This document shows, one piece after another, positions 1 through 13,949 of a stretch of 64,000 bases of DNA (positions within the stretch are counted from its first letter, which is position 1; every line of letters starts with the position of its first letter). The stretch is from Octopus sinensis (taxonomy: Eukaryota): positions 111,848,001 through 111,912,000 of the forward strand of contig NC_043003.1 in NCBI RefSeq assembly GCF_006345805.1, written 5' to 3'. A program made the position numbers and the translations under genes. A model generated the notes under the pieces. It was not told the DNA's origin, searched no databases, and saw only the letters and a list, made by a program, of their open reading frames with translations.

Positions 1-140
1 CACAAATTAGTATCATTAGTAATAGTTATTAGTCTCTCAGACTCGGCATTGCTATAGTAAGATTGTAGTTACGAAAACGTAGCCGATGATAAAAATTCCC
101 AACTATTTTGAAAACATCTAAACGGAATATGAATTGTTTT
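1..140 (-). repeat. ~140 bp dispersed repeat, copy 1 (continues off the left edge)
   Basis: Aligns by eye with 2129-2265 (shared AATAGTTATTAGTCT...ACTATTTTGAAAACATCTAAACGGAAT), roughly 80% identity. Confidence 0.8.
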
Positions 141-1374
141 GTGATGTATTGCAGTGGTGTTTGGCCAGGCTATAAACTGTTGTTATTGTATTTTCGGTCG
201 TCTTAATTTATTCTCTACTGTGGAATATGTCGCTGCATCTTCTGTTCTTACATGTTCTTCCTACGGCGACAATTATTTAGAGGAGTATTTTCCATTCCTA
301 CAATTGCTGCTGTTACTACCACTACCATTGCTGTTGCTGCTACTAATGCTGTTAAATAGTATTGTCAACCAAAATGTAATTAGCATATTTTCATATTTTC
401 GATTTGCTTTTTTTTTCTGCTGTCTGTTTGTAAGGTTTGCTGCATTGAGTTATATATCAATAATTTTGTATATACTTTTAATTTCGAAAATTAATTTCAT
501 ACTCCCACTGAAATGCGTTGTGGCATCGGTGGAAGCATGGAAATAATTATATTGTTAATGATCTGTTGCAAGATTTATTTTTTTTTACTGCCCAGTATTT
601 ATTCCGCGAAATAAAACATGAAAATATATGGCAAAGAAACACAGAGAGAGACGCAGAACAGAGAGACAAAAGCAGAAAGAGAGAGAGAGAGAGAGATAGA
701 GAGAGAGAGAGATAGAGAGAAAGAAGATAAACTAAAGATCTGAAGTACTTGAATTTCAAGTAACGTAGTTAAAATTTTCAATGTATTTTCGATAACGTTC
801 ATTTTTTTGAGATTTTGGTTTTATTGTCTGTTTATTTATTTACATCATTTAATAATTTTAATTTGATTTTAATTCTCCTTATAGGCCTCTAAATATTTCA
901 ATCCTAATTTGAAACATGTTATGGTTTGGCAGTATTTGTATTCGGAAAGAGGCTTAGAATAATCATTCTACTTGTTTTATATCACCATCATCGCCATCAT
1001 TATACTGGTGTTAGTGGTAATGATGCTGTTGTTGTTGTTGTTGTCGGTGGTGGTTTTGGGGGCAGTGGTGATGGGGCTATTGATGTTGACAGCGCTGATT
1101 GCCTTTGCGGTAGTGAGAGTGAATGTAATAACTACGATGAGGCTGAGTTTCATTTACGATAATAATATCAACAATTAAGACAACGTTGGGAAGTTAATTT
1201 TCTACCAAGTGTATTCTGGTACGTTGCCGTGGAAACGTGAGCTCGTGAGCTGATTAATTCCGTTAAATTACAGTAGTGATAGAAAATTCAAATTCCCTTT
1301 GAGATATTTTTCTTATTATTGTTTCCCACAGAAAGTCTTTACTTTACATACACCAGAACAAGCAATTTTATTCA

Positions 1375-1570
1375 GTTACCTTTCTTTCATGCCGAGGCAC
1401 CGCCTTCAAGAATTTTAGTCGAAATGATCGAACTTCATCTTTTTTTTATGTAAGACATATTTTATCAATATGTATTACCGAACCACTATGTTACATGGAT
1501 GTAAACACACCAACGCTTGCGGTAGTGGGGACAGATACAAAGACACACAAATCCAGAACAAACATACACG
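1375..1570 (-). mobile_element. tRNA-derived SINE family B, 3' half, degenerate
   Basis: Reverse-complement match to 26688-27066 and 57260-57535 (GCACCGCCTT..., CCGAACC.CTA.GTTAC...GTAAACACACCAAC). Confidence 0.65.
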
Positions 1571-1587
1571 TATTTATGTATAATTTA

Positions 1588-1750
<163 letters not shown>

Positions 1751-2004
1751 TACGATACATAAATATCGGTTTCGCTTTAATGAGTCAAAATGTTATTATA
1801 ACATAAAATGTATGTTGTTAATAGATAAATTGTACGTTCTATTGTTCGAAATTTGGTGTATACTAAAAGACACATTGTATTATTTAAGATTGGCATTTTA
1901 ATAGTTAAATTCCTGGGCAATTTTGTTTTATTTATATGTCATCTGATAAGGTACTGTCACACTTATTGACGCACTTTATATTGATGAAATTTATGATGTA
2001 CTTT

Positions 2005-2265
2005 TAAATTTTTGGTAAATGTCCAGAGAGTTCAGGAGGCGTGTAAGTCGATGACATTAACCCCAGCAGCAGCTGGTACATATTTGATCGATCCAGAATA
2101 AATGAAAAGCCAGGTCCACCTCGGCGGAACACAAAATTAGTAATATTAGTAATAGTTATTAGTCTGTCGGATTCGGCATTGCTGTAGTAAGCTTTCAATT
2201 ACGGAAATATTGCCGATGATCAACATTCCCGACTATTTTGAAAACATCTAAACGGAATTTGAATT
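2005..2265 (-). mobile_element. SINE family A 3' half joined to the ~140 bp repeat (copy 2)
   Basis: Minus strand TTCCGCCGAGGTGGACC..GCTTTTCAT...GTACCAG..GCTGGGGTT.ATGTCATCGACTTAC matches the SINE A copies at 15278 and 6235. Confidence 0.7.
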
Positions 2266-4172
2266 CTTTCTTCTTTTTTTTTCATATCTAATCATCTAAT
2301 CTTCTTGAAAATATTATTGAGAGTAAATTCCAATAATCAGATACTGTCTACGTTTGAGCAGCTTCAGTAAGTCAAGTTTGTTTTGCAAGCGCAAGTCATT
2401 TCCTTAAAATTCAACAAATGAGAATATTTTTCCATTTAACCTTCCGCGTAATATCGGATTTCTGTAAGAAAGAATTGGAAGCAGTATTAGTTTGAAAACA
2501 TAGCAAATATCACTGTTCCGAAAATAAATAAAGACAGTGAGCGCTATGTAGCTATTAATCCTTGTTAAGACCTTTTTGCCGTATCTAATCAATTAAAACT
2601 CTTGCAATGATATCGATGTCAAATCTCACTGCCGTGTTTATCGATATATAATTTTTTAATTCAAAGTATCAAAAAGCCTTTCGAAATTTAGCACTTCTGG
2701 GCAAGATGTAAGTTAAGTGTAAGCAATGTGTTAAACATGGTACTATTTATATCCAAATCAGATTCGCCCAGGAAACTCCTCTCCATGAGATGGTGGTGAG
2801 CTTTTGGAAAGAGGGTTTTTTCCCTTTTTTATGGTGTGGATTCCATTCCAGATATCTCATGACGTTTGATAAGGATATGTTCACATTTTGAAATTCATCA
2901 CAATTCAATTAACAGTTGTGTTTCAATAACCCGTCATACTACGCTATAGAGATAAAGGAAACTCATCAACTCAGGTTAGCGCTTTTTTCCGGTTGTACTT
3001 AAACTGGAGATCTTCTACCTTTTCCCAAGAGAATTAATTAAAATTCTGATTTTCTTCTAGAAATAATCAGAGTTACATCAATGAAGCCCTCTAAATATAA
3101 TATTTACAAGGATCGCTATTTGATCATCCAAGTTGCCTGAAGTTGCCAAATCACTCCCTGAAATCATAAAATTTCCAACGGAAAAGAACGAGATGCAATG
3201 CTTCAAATAAATCTAGACGTGCTTCCTGGACTAAAGACAGTGTGGTCACCACTGGAATGCCTTCGATCTGTAAGCAGGCGGATTTAGATTTCATCTCTGG
3301 CTTTATATATAGCATACGTTACACGAACAATAAAAGATCTTGTACGAATTATTTCGACAGAATATCAAGAGCAGTAAATACCAAGCTACGTTATACATGA
3401 AATAGAATTCGGATGGGTATGGGTTTAAAACTGTTGGTCATAGATTTACATGAACAGCTTTGTCTTGGCTTACATATTAACATACGTCGTTAAAACCATA
3501 TTGAAAGTGAACAGTTTAAATAGTTTTTCTTTAACAATGATTGTGACCCATTTTATTGTTTTATGTGTATATATTGATCAAATTCTCAAGCGATAAACTA
3601 ATTCACATGATATTTTAGAAATTTCCAGAACTGCGTTACGGTTTGATGTTATGACGTTGGAAGTTTGGTTGATGAAATTTTGACTAAATATATACTTAAA
3701 AATATACTTGCTAAATTAATCATACGGGCAGACTACGAACAAGATGTTTAATTCCTTCATCTGTAGAATGTTTCCATAAAAAATGTGCTCCAATCATGAA
3801 TCATACATGTTTCTGAGTTACGTTTACGTTATGTCTGGCAAACAGCCAGTTATCCGAAGTCACTGACCAGCAAGAAATGGTTAACATCACGTTTGTTTAC
3901 TAAATGTTAATTCGATCGTATATTTTCCTTCAATATATTCTGTTCAATAAAGCAAGTTTATGGCCGTGAGGACAAGGTTTCGGCCTTTAAGCTAACAATT
4001 TTACCATCGACGCAGTGTAAATTTATTGATCTCTACACCGCATTGCAATTATCGTCTTGGAACTATATACCGTGCAAAAGAGAAGCAAGTTGATGATGTT
4101 CAGTAACCCATTGACTCGTTAGCTTACGTTGGAATGTTTAATTCCGGCTCGGACATAGCATAATGCTATCAG

Positions 4173-4317
<145 letters not shown>

Positions 4318-4736
4318 TTTTTTTTGTGTATTATCGTGTCGGACAATATAGTATTGATCGTTATATCAACTACATTCATAATGATTAATTTACCTACATT
4401 AAGAATGATACCCTATTATAGAACGAGAGGACCTCTATACAATGTCCATTCTATTTGAGCACAACTACAACAGCAATATGATAGCTGATCGTGCAAAATT
4501 CTCCGAAATTCTCTTATTACTTTCTGGTTTTAGTTGTTAGGCTATAGTTATACTTGAACATTGTCTTGAAATTATTTAGTTGGTTATATAGAGGCTGGTA
4601 ATTGCACGGATAAATTAACCAAATTTGTCAGTAAAGTACGGTGTACCAAGGCACAAAAGTATATGTTTTTCTCAGACATAAATAAACATGTAAATAGTAG
4701 TATATGTGTATATATTTATGTGCAAGTGTTTGTACG

Positions 4737-4779
<43 letters not shown>

Positions 4780-5058
4780 TACGTGTGTGTGTGTTTGTGT
4801 GTGCCTGCGTGTGTGTGTGTGTCATTATTCAGCTTTATTTCTAGATTTCTTGCCAATAGAGAAAATGCCGGTTTCAAACCTAGATCCAAAGCACCGTCAT
4901 TGGAATTTCAACATCAACCAAATTTTATGTTTGTATGTATGCATGTATGTATTTATGTATGTATGTATCCATGCATATACATACATGCATGCGTAGATAT
5001 ATTGATACACTAGCATATACGCATATATAGAGACACATAGACACACACACACACACAT

Positions 5059-5091
<33 letters not shown>

Positions 5092-5479
5092 ATCATACAC
5101 TTTAGACAATTTCACAGGTGTTCATTTTACGGAGAGGTCATCCAACTAGAGATTATGGCTAAAGGCACTTAACCAAATTATCGCATACTGAAGTAAAACA
5201 AAGAAATACGTAGTTGTAATACAAATCTCTAAAGCACTCAATTATATCTTCCAATGTGAAAATTGTCTGTAATGTGTAATCGTCACAAAAATGCCAGTCG
5301 GAAGACAACACATAGAATGTTTATATATATATATTGCACTTATATTAACATTAGTCAAAAATCCGTTTGCATTCATCACCAATACAATCACTGGGTAAAA
5401 GAAAATGCACAGAAATTGAGTCTCAGCGGAAATGCATATCCTACTTAATGGGTATGCATTGTAAGAGCACTTTGATACT

Positions 5480-5749
5480 GCAGTAGATAGATAGACAAAG
5501 AGAGAGAGGGAAAGAGGGACAGAGAGACAGAGAGACAAAGAGACAGGCACTGACTGAAAGATAGACTGATAGCCATATAGACAAACCGACAGAAACATAG
5601 ATCGATAAATAGACACATAAACAGGCAGAGAGATATACTGATACATAGATAGATAGAAACAGATAGACATTGATAGATTGATAGAAAAACAGACAGACAG
5701 ACCGAAAGTTAGATAGATGGAAGGATAGATAGATAGATAGATTGATTGG

Positions 5750-5791
<42 letters not shown>

Positions 5792-5792
5792 T

Positions 5793-5838
<46 letters not shown>
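5480..5838. repeat. Degenerate (AGAC)/(AGAT)n/(AG)n microsatellite block
   Basis: Seen directly. Confidence 0.95.
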
Positions 5839-5839
<1 letters not shown>

Positions 5840-5840
5840 C

Positions 5841-6200
5841 ACGAGGTTGGTTTGAAAACTTCAGAGGCTGAGTATGAGATGCACGTATTAATTTCATATC
5901 TTCTCATTAATAACCGCATCGTTTATTTCCATGTAAACTGACAGGTTATTGTATAAAGAAAACTTGAAATGTAAGTTGTTGCATCTTCACTCGAAACTTG
6001 ACAAATTTTCGTGTTGTCGCATTAATGGATGCCAATTGCTTAGGTGGTTACGAAAAGGTATGGAGACCAAACGCCGTGGAAAAATGATGAAAGGTGTCTT
6101 GTTTCATCATGACACTATTCCTGAACACACATTTTTGGTTTCAATGTGCGTGACTGCGCCTCTCAACTGTTTGGCCCTCATCTGAAATGCTGGTCACTAT
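5841..6200 (+). mobile_element. Mariner (Tc1/mariner) relic, internally deleted
   Basis: TIR-like ACGAGGTTGGTTTGAAAACTT; translation LRWLRKGMETKRRGKMMKGVLFHHDTIPEHT resembles the mariner KRP-KGVLFHHDNAPAHT catalytic region. Confidence 0.75.
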
Positions 6201-6234
6201 CTTGCAAAAATACAAAAAATGCAATAAAACCTTT

Positions 6235-6524
6235 CTTGCTTCTTTACTACCCACAAAGCACTACACACAGATGGGACAAACAAGGACAGACAAACGCATT
6301 AAATCGATCATATCGACCCCAGTGTATAAATGGTACTTATTTAATTGATCTCGAAATGATGAAAGGCAAAGTCGACCTCAGATCTTAAAGACAGACAAAA
6401 TACCTATTTCTTTACTATCCACAAGGGGCTAAACACGGACGGGACAAACAAGAACGTAACGGCAGGCGAAATAAGGTTACGCATTTCGCCCGGCGTGCTA
6501 ACGTTTCTTCCAGCTCGCCGCCTT
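6235..6524 (-). mobile_element. tRNA-derived SINE family A (octopus OK/OR-type, family unassigned), partial tandem dimer with two 3' tails
   Basis: Head GGCGGCGAGCTGGAAGAAACGTTAGCACGCCGGGCGAAATG; body GAGGTCGACTTTGCCTTTCATC; tail TGTTTGTCCC.TC.GTGT.TAG....TTGTGG.TAGTAAAGAA occurs twice. Confidence 0.85.
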
Positions 6525-7168
6525 TTAGATAGAAATAAACACTTTCTATCACTAATCCCTTGCTTTCAGATTCCAGACAACATCGCTTTTACCTTTCCAT
6601 TACAAAACCACTCGTACTCAAGGTATTGGCAGATTCCACTAAAACCTATTCCAGCAGTAGAAACATATCCCGATATTCCTACTATTCTATATAAGCATCA
6701 CCAACGTGAATATGACATATAAATACTGATTGGTGCGCATGGGAGTATATGATGTGCATTTGGTAATATTGGTCCCATACTCATTTTCACAACGCAGTTC
6801 GTGAGATGGTTGTGATCTGTAAACGGTTTTGAATAGGAACCGTAAAAAGAAGAATGAACATGCAAAGTGCAAGTGTACACTGGATTCATAAGACAGAAGA
6901 GAAGAATAAAAATACGATGTGCATGTCAAAATAAAATGGAAGAAAAGAAAAATAAAACGCAATGTCAAACAAGTTATATGATGACCTGCATAACACGTCC
7001 GACACCACTATCACGCAGCTTTGCTGCGATTTTCTTGTTTGTAAAATATAAACATTCGTATGACGGAAAACTGATGAAAATAGTATCTGGCATTCATCAG
7101 GAACTTGGTCTTAAAATAACAGTGACTGTCAGACCTCCAGTGGGAAACATTTTAGACATCATATAAAC

Positions 7169-7215
<47 letters not shown>

Positions 7216-8305
7216 CCAGTAAAGCCAATAAAACGAGTCTTCGGCCATCCGTATTCAAGTCACGCACCTATATGGAGAATTTATATAGATAGCTACAGTG
7301 AAGAAGTGAGAGAAAGAGAGGGTGAGAGAGAAAGAGATTTTTTATGCGCTATGAAGTACAATCAGTTATCATATGAATAGAGTCTCAACGTTCAAGCCAC
7401 TTTAACCCCCCCCCCCATCGAAACCATACACTTAGATTTGTATAAATCTGTGTATATTTGGATTTGGGCTACAACGTTTGAAACAAAAGCTACAAAAATC
7501 TGAGGTAACATCAGAAAACAAATTATTGACATTTCGAGTGCTTCATTGCGACGGGTTCAGTTTTATTAAACTGAAATTGAATTTCTATAGCAAACTAACT
7601 CTTAAATAAAAGGTTTGACATCTATCTATATATATATATATATATACACACACACCCACGACCAAACACACATACACACACATACACACGCACACATAAA
7701 CATGTACACATATATATGTGTGTGTGTGCATAAATGTATTTACAAGAAGTAACAATGTGCTTACATATTTTACCCTTTTCACTTATAAATGCATTTAATA
7801 TAAAGGACACATTAACGTGATCAATTTTAGAAATTCTAAGATGTTTTTCATTGATGCTTATGTCTTTTTCAGTCGCGTACCATACGTTTTTTTTATATTT
7901 GCAATTTAGCTTCCGTTTCAAATGACATGTTGAAAGGTATTTCTATATTTTACCTCTTTCGCAATTTTTAATATTTTTCAACCACCATAAACATGCGGTA
8001 GAACAATTTCAATACAGTATAATATGGGTATAGAACGTGTAACTCCGCTGGATGCAGATATTTTTTTTAATGTAAAAAAAAATTGGCATCAACCTTTTGA
8101 AGACTGCAAATGTGTGATCGTGTTTTCGCTTGCTGAGTGCATTTTGACATAATGTGCAATACTACAGACGTAATATTTTGAACTGGTAATGAATTTAGTT
8201 TGTGAAAAATATCTGCATATCATAACTACCTACCTACCCACCTAGATTCCCTCCCACCTATCTACCTACCTACATCCATACATACATGCAACCATGCATA
8301 TTGAG

Positions 8306-8306
<1 letters not shown>

Positions 8307-8390
<84 letters not shown>
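8307..8390. repeat. (AGAT)n microsatellite
   Basis: Seen directly. Confidence 0.98.
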
Positions 8391-8391
<1 letters not shown>

Positions 8392-8611
8392 AAGGATGGA
8401 CAATTAACTTTTACATCTTGGAAAATACTGACCTAAAACGTATAAATATATACGTTTTTATTATTTCTTTTTGCAATTTATTTAATCATTGATATTTTAT
8501 TGTTATTTTAATTTTAATATTTCTATTATATGTAATTTTCTAGATGGTGTAATTTAATTGTTCATTTTGAATCGATAAAAGTTGTTTTTTATTCTAATTT
8601 TATATATATAC

Positions 8612-8671
<60 letters not shown>

Positions 8672-10199
8672 GAAATATTAAAATTACTAAGTCTCTATAA
8701 GAATGCCATATTAATATGGCGATAACAATTAATTTATATATATATATATTATATATATATATATATACGTACGAACGTACGTTCATAGTACATACATCAT
8801 ACATGCATATTAATTTACATGCTACACACATGGTTGAGAAACAAGTCCATAAGAACGCGCCAACATGTGCAAAATAATACCAAACATATTGCCTTTAGAA
8901 TTAGAGATTGCGCTTTCAACGGAAATGAAAGCAGGGCAGAGATTCATAAATACGGAGCCAACGCATTGTTGTGTGTTTTAGGTGAAGTTTGTTAATTACT
9001 TCTGCTTATACAGAATGTACATGCATGATTAAGAATGTCAAATATAGAATATGTTATGGCTTTATCTAAATTAACGTTGGGGTAACGGATATCAAGATGT
9101 TTAAAGCACAAATAAAACATAAATTACAGGTTCTTCTCGCAGAAATATATCCATTCATAAATGTCTTTCGCCGCATATGAACACAGGAATTGCTCTCTGA
9201 AAATATTGTCTTTGGAATTCCTGTGCTGTGCGATGAAAGGAAAACCGAATATACTAAGTGAACACAGTGTCGTGAAGTCAAAGTGAAGTATTCAATATGT
9301 TTTATATACTTTCTTTTACCACTGACAATTTACCAGCCATTGAGTCTTAAATGACTGCGCTAGATGTAATGAGCTTCAAAAGAGGTTTCTGTAAAGCATA
9401 CCCTACAATAAAAAAAATACATGCAAATTTTCTGATTGTTTATGGTCATCGTCATCTAATAATTTTGTTGTTACTCAGTGTTACTCGGCGATTCAAAATT
9501 ACTAATCTTTCTCCGTTATGTTTACTACGGACCGATTAACCATCTTCATTTTAATAAACTAATCATTGTCATTTTCAGAGCCATTTTTTATCTAAATATT
9601 TATAGAAATATTTTGTTAATATGGCTGATCAAGTTCGTAATCATATTGCATAATTAAGGATAATGATCCACCAAGTTGAGTTGGATGTATTCATGCTGTA
9701 TGGCACAATTCGAAAATTTCGTTTGTGTTACTGAGTGTCAAGAAGGGCAGATATGGGCAATTGCTTAATTAGATGCTATGCCATTTAATCGTACGGCATT
9801 CATAATTTAGGCAGTTTCCTCTCCCGTGGGACTTTACTCGTTTAGGGTAGTCGTAAGCAGCATTCGCTAAGAGAGCTTTACTGGCTAAATTCCGATGTTG
9901 TATTAGATCTTCACATCAGTCATTATTGTAATAGCTAGTTTTCGACTATTTCTTCAGGTTGTAATATTTTTTCGTCTTCTCCGAACATTCGATCGCTCAT
10001 GTACATATAACGAATATCTATTCGTACATACATACATATATGCATGTATTTATTAACATAAATATATGGATCTATATATCGATTTATATGTACTTATATG
10101 TGTGTGTTTGTGTGTGTGTAAACGTACGTATTAGACATAAACACTTGCCAAATATAACCATTTCTCCGTAGATGAATATTCTTTCATTCATTTACACTT

Positions 10200-10395
10200 T
10201 AGTTTGTTTCCATCACTGAACTGCTGCTCTGCTCCTTAAAGGAATCAGCCGAACAAATGGACCCCAGGCACCTTATTTAACTTCTTTGCTGATAAGCTAA
10301 GTTGAGGTAACGTATACCAACGAACATCAGTAGTCATGCGCTGTGAGGACAAACACAAAGAGCTCAAACACATCTTCCAACACAGGCACACACAC
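10200..10395 (-). mobile_element. SINE family B, 3' half, degenerate
   Basis: CTTTGCTGA...GCTAAGTT....AACGTA.AC.AAC..ACATC.GT.GTCA.GCG...GGACAAACAC resembles the reverse complement of the family B body. Confidence 0.5.
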
Positions 10396-10400
10396 AGACA

Positions 10401-10470
<70 letters not shown>

Positions 10471-10561
10471 GAATTAGAGATAAAAACCACTATTATGAAA
10501 GTCAGTGATAGGCATACACCAATACATATATAACAGATAATATAAATATATATATATATAA

Positions 10562-10596
<35 letters not shown>

Positions 10597-10609
10597 AAAC
10601 AAGTCAAAA

Positions 10610-10830
10610 ATATAAAATGCTAAGATAATTTTATAGTGAATCTTTCAGTACCGGTTTCGGTCATTTTGAGACCTTTTCAACTGTAACGATTAAATAATTA
10701 AATTAGAAAAATTAGAAGAAAAGTTTTTTAAAAGAATATTTATATAGTAGTGTTCAGATATAAGTGGCATTCTGCCTTTCTCTGACTCCCTTGTTTGCAC
10801 TTGTGTGTTCGAGGTCGTGTATTCGAGGTC
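10610..10830 (-). mobile_element. Penelope-like terminal-repeat fragment with a degenerate minimal hammerhead ribozyme motif
   Basis: Minus strand CAG-TTGAAAA-GGTC(TCAAAAT)GACC-GAAA-CCGG-TA-CTG at 10683-10646. Confidence 0.55.
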
Positions 10831-10884
<54 letters not shown>

Positions 10885-12323
10885 GCATACATACACACAT
10901 ACATATATACATACATGTATATACATATATACTTATACCTATACATACATGTATATATATATGTGTATGTATGCGTGTGTGTGTTTGTGTGAGATGTGTG
11001 TGTTTATGTGTGTTTGAGTATGAATGTGTATCTATTCTCTGGAGCAAAAGCAATGTTAGAAAATGGCATCTCTTCAACTGAATCATAATTGCTATCCAAT
11101 CCATATTTTTGTAAAGAAATATCTAGGAAAATTTTCCGAGTTCATGGAAGAATTATGTGGACATACAATTTCGTAGTCAGAGAGGTATAAGTAACATTTG
11201 AATATGTCAGTATTCGTTGATGTCCTGTCAAAATTCTGTCTAATATTGATATTGTCTTTTCCAGAGAGCTAATATACTACCTGTCAACATAATACATACT
11301 TTGCCTGATCTCAGCTTTTCATTTCCTAGCATCATTTCATTTTGTGACAAGCCGTGGACCATTCCGCACCATCCATTACCTAAGTTTTGCATGTTACATA
11401 TATAAACACATACAAATTCAAACACATACACGCGCATATACAAACACATATCAACTATAACTTTGTAGTATCGATGACTATCGAAGTCAGGTACGTAAAC
11501 TACTTTATGCATAAGTCGATTCGTTCCAAAACCAGCGACATATTACAAAAGTCACAGAATACAGACGGTGTTGATAGTTGCTATGCATATTGAACTTAAC
11601 TACAAAGTATAGCCATAAAACATAATCAGTCTATTATGTTTTGAGTTCACATGAGATGAGAGTCTTTTCTATAGAGTTTAGGGGGTCCCATTCTATCAAG
11701 GTTGCTTCGATATACCCTGTAAAAAATTATAGATCAAAGCAGATGTGCGCTTACATGAAATGTAGTAACATCGTTCAGTAAGACACGCCGTCTACAAACA
11801 AATTCTAGGTGACTGGGAGCTCAATCGTTATTGAGAAATACAAAGCAGACAGTAGAAATGGACAATTGTAATTTTGTTAATTCGTAAAACAAATATATTA
11901 TCAAACAGATTAACGGACTAAATTTTAGTGCCCCTGCAGAAAAACCTCTACATTTTCGTAACAAATTGCCTTCCTATGATTTTAGAATCAACAGATAACA
12001 TTTAATAAGTTTACAGAAACTAAGATTATAAAATTAACAAAAAGTGAAAATACATGTTTCTCAGTTCTCACAGTACAAAAAATCTAAACTATGTGTTTGA
12101 TTCAATAACAGATTTCCATTTAACTTTCATTTGCCAAAAAGCATATTTTGTTGGATTATAGGCCGAATTCGTAACTTATATAAATTACAAAACCAATTTA
12201 TTGTTGTAAAAATAATTAAGGCAGCTTTAAAATTCCAAGAACACACACTGCATCTCCTTAACTGATTTTGTTTTTAATATACCAACAACATCATACGATT
12301 TGAATCCATCCCATCAGTCTTAT

Positions 12324-12775
12324 ACTTACTTACTTGTACTTGTGGCGACATTCACCCTGGGCGGGTTGAGTCGGCTTCTTTCACCACCATCGAGGCATCG
12401 TATTCGCAATTGAGAATTCATGGAAGAAGTTTCGTGGGGATATGTGGATTTGACAAACGGTCCCCAACAATCCCGCATGTAGAGACATCCTGTTTGCCGT
12501 AGATTGTCCGCAGACGCAGGGACAGAACGACCGTGGAGCCGCCGGTTGCCGAAGCAGACACTCCGAGGATTTTCACCAGAGCCCCGTCTGCGGGATTGTG
12601 GCCCTAATACCACTCGGTGTCGAACCGATTCCCCTTGGGTGGCCCTACCAGGAACCGAAGTTCCCGAGGGCATAGTTCTAACATTACCCATTGCCAGTGT
12701 CCCCACCACGGTGAGGAAGAGATAGACTTTGGGGACGCAATCACTTCAGTCTGCCTTCTGCCTGCATATAGGCAA
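12324..12775 (-). mobile_element. Short internally deleted RTE-clade LINE derivative (5'UTR-like part plus 3' end)
   Basis: GC-rich island; minus strand CCTCACCGTGGTGGGG... and CCTGGTAGGGCCACCCAAG resemble RTE/Rex3 5'UTR motifs; ends ...ACAAGTACAAGTAAGTAAGT, a typical RTE tail. Confidence 0.55.
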
Positions 12776-13949
12776 TACCTGTTTATTATGATATAAAGAT
12801 TCCTATCTCACAATCTCAGCGTAATTGAATCATTTCGATAATAATTTTATCGACAATAAATTTTGTTGTAAATTTGGAAAGCCTTATTTCTATATATCGA
12901 TCACTGCAAACGTGGTTTGCATTGCAAGTGCATGCACGATCGAGAGCAATCGCTGCTATCAGATTGTGATAGGGGGATGAATGATGTGGGGGTATAAAAC
13001 AGCAATAATATGATCTAAATGTTATCAATTCCACCATTATCTGTGATTAACTGTTTGATAGTATAAAATTATATAACAGTTATTTTGAATATTAAGATAG
13101 ATAGATATGATTTTGTTTGAGTAGCGATAACAGCTTGTATATTTATCTCATTCACAAACTTTAGGGAAATAAGTAATGTAATTTTCGTCTATATGAAAAA
13201 TCTTCAGAGAAATAAGAATTCAGGAGATGATGTTAAAATATCAACTACTTTAAACATTTTACTTTTTTTTAACTATTTTTTCAAAGCAACATCAAATATA
13301 CACGTCGATGCCAAATATACACTTTTCTATAAACCTCTGTTTGTTTTGCTGTTATAAGGGACCCTTTCACAATAAACGAAACTGCAATTTAAGTCTATAT
13401 AATGCAAACGAACTAGAAGACGTTACTTAAACAAAATAAGACAGAATATGCAAAGCAGATGTTAACGTGAACTTTTAACAACCTGGAATATCTTATTTTG
13501 CTCATGTGTATGTTGTAAAGAACTTCTATCGAATGTAATTTATTAGTATTCCTCTTGATGTGGTTTTGCCAGTAGGCAGGAGAGCGCCGCGAAGAGTTCA
13601 GTAAAACAAATCGAAACGATAGCTGTTTTGTCTTTCAATAATTGGAATAATTCAAATAATTTAAGCAATATGGCACTGAATAACTGATATAAATTTGTTA
13701 ATTGAAGTTCAACTTCGTATATGGATAAATAAAATAGTTCATGAATATTAATTACTTATGCACCACGGATTCTACACAAGTTCTATAATAAGAATGCTAA
13801 TTCATATTGAAAGAAAAGGAATGAGAGAATAAAGCAAAAAAAATATTTTGAAAACAATGAACAAGAGAACAAAATCAATAAAACGGCGCTGTTAGAAATA
13901 AGAAGTGAGAAAATCAACATATCGGGCATTAGTCGTTTGTGGAGACGTG

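Noticed and set aside
7071-7110. CTGATGA as a hammerhead core
   Set aside because: It is one arm of an 8-bp hairpin (CTGATGAA/TTCATCAG) with no GAAA or stem III
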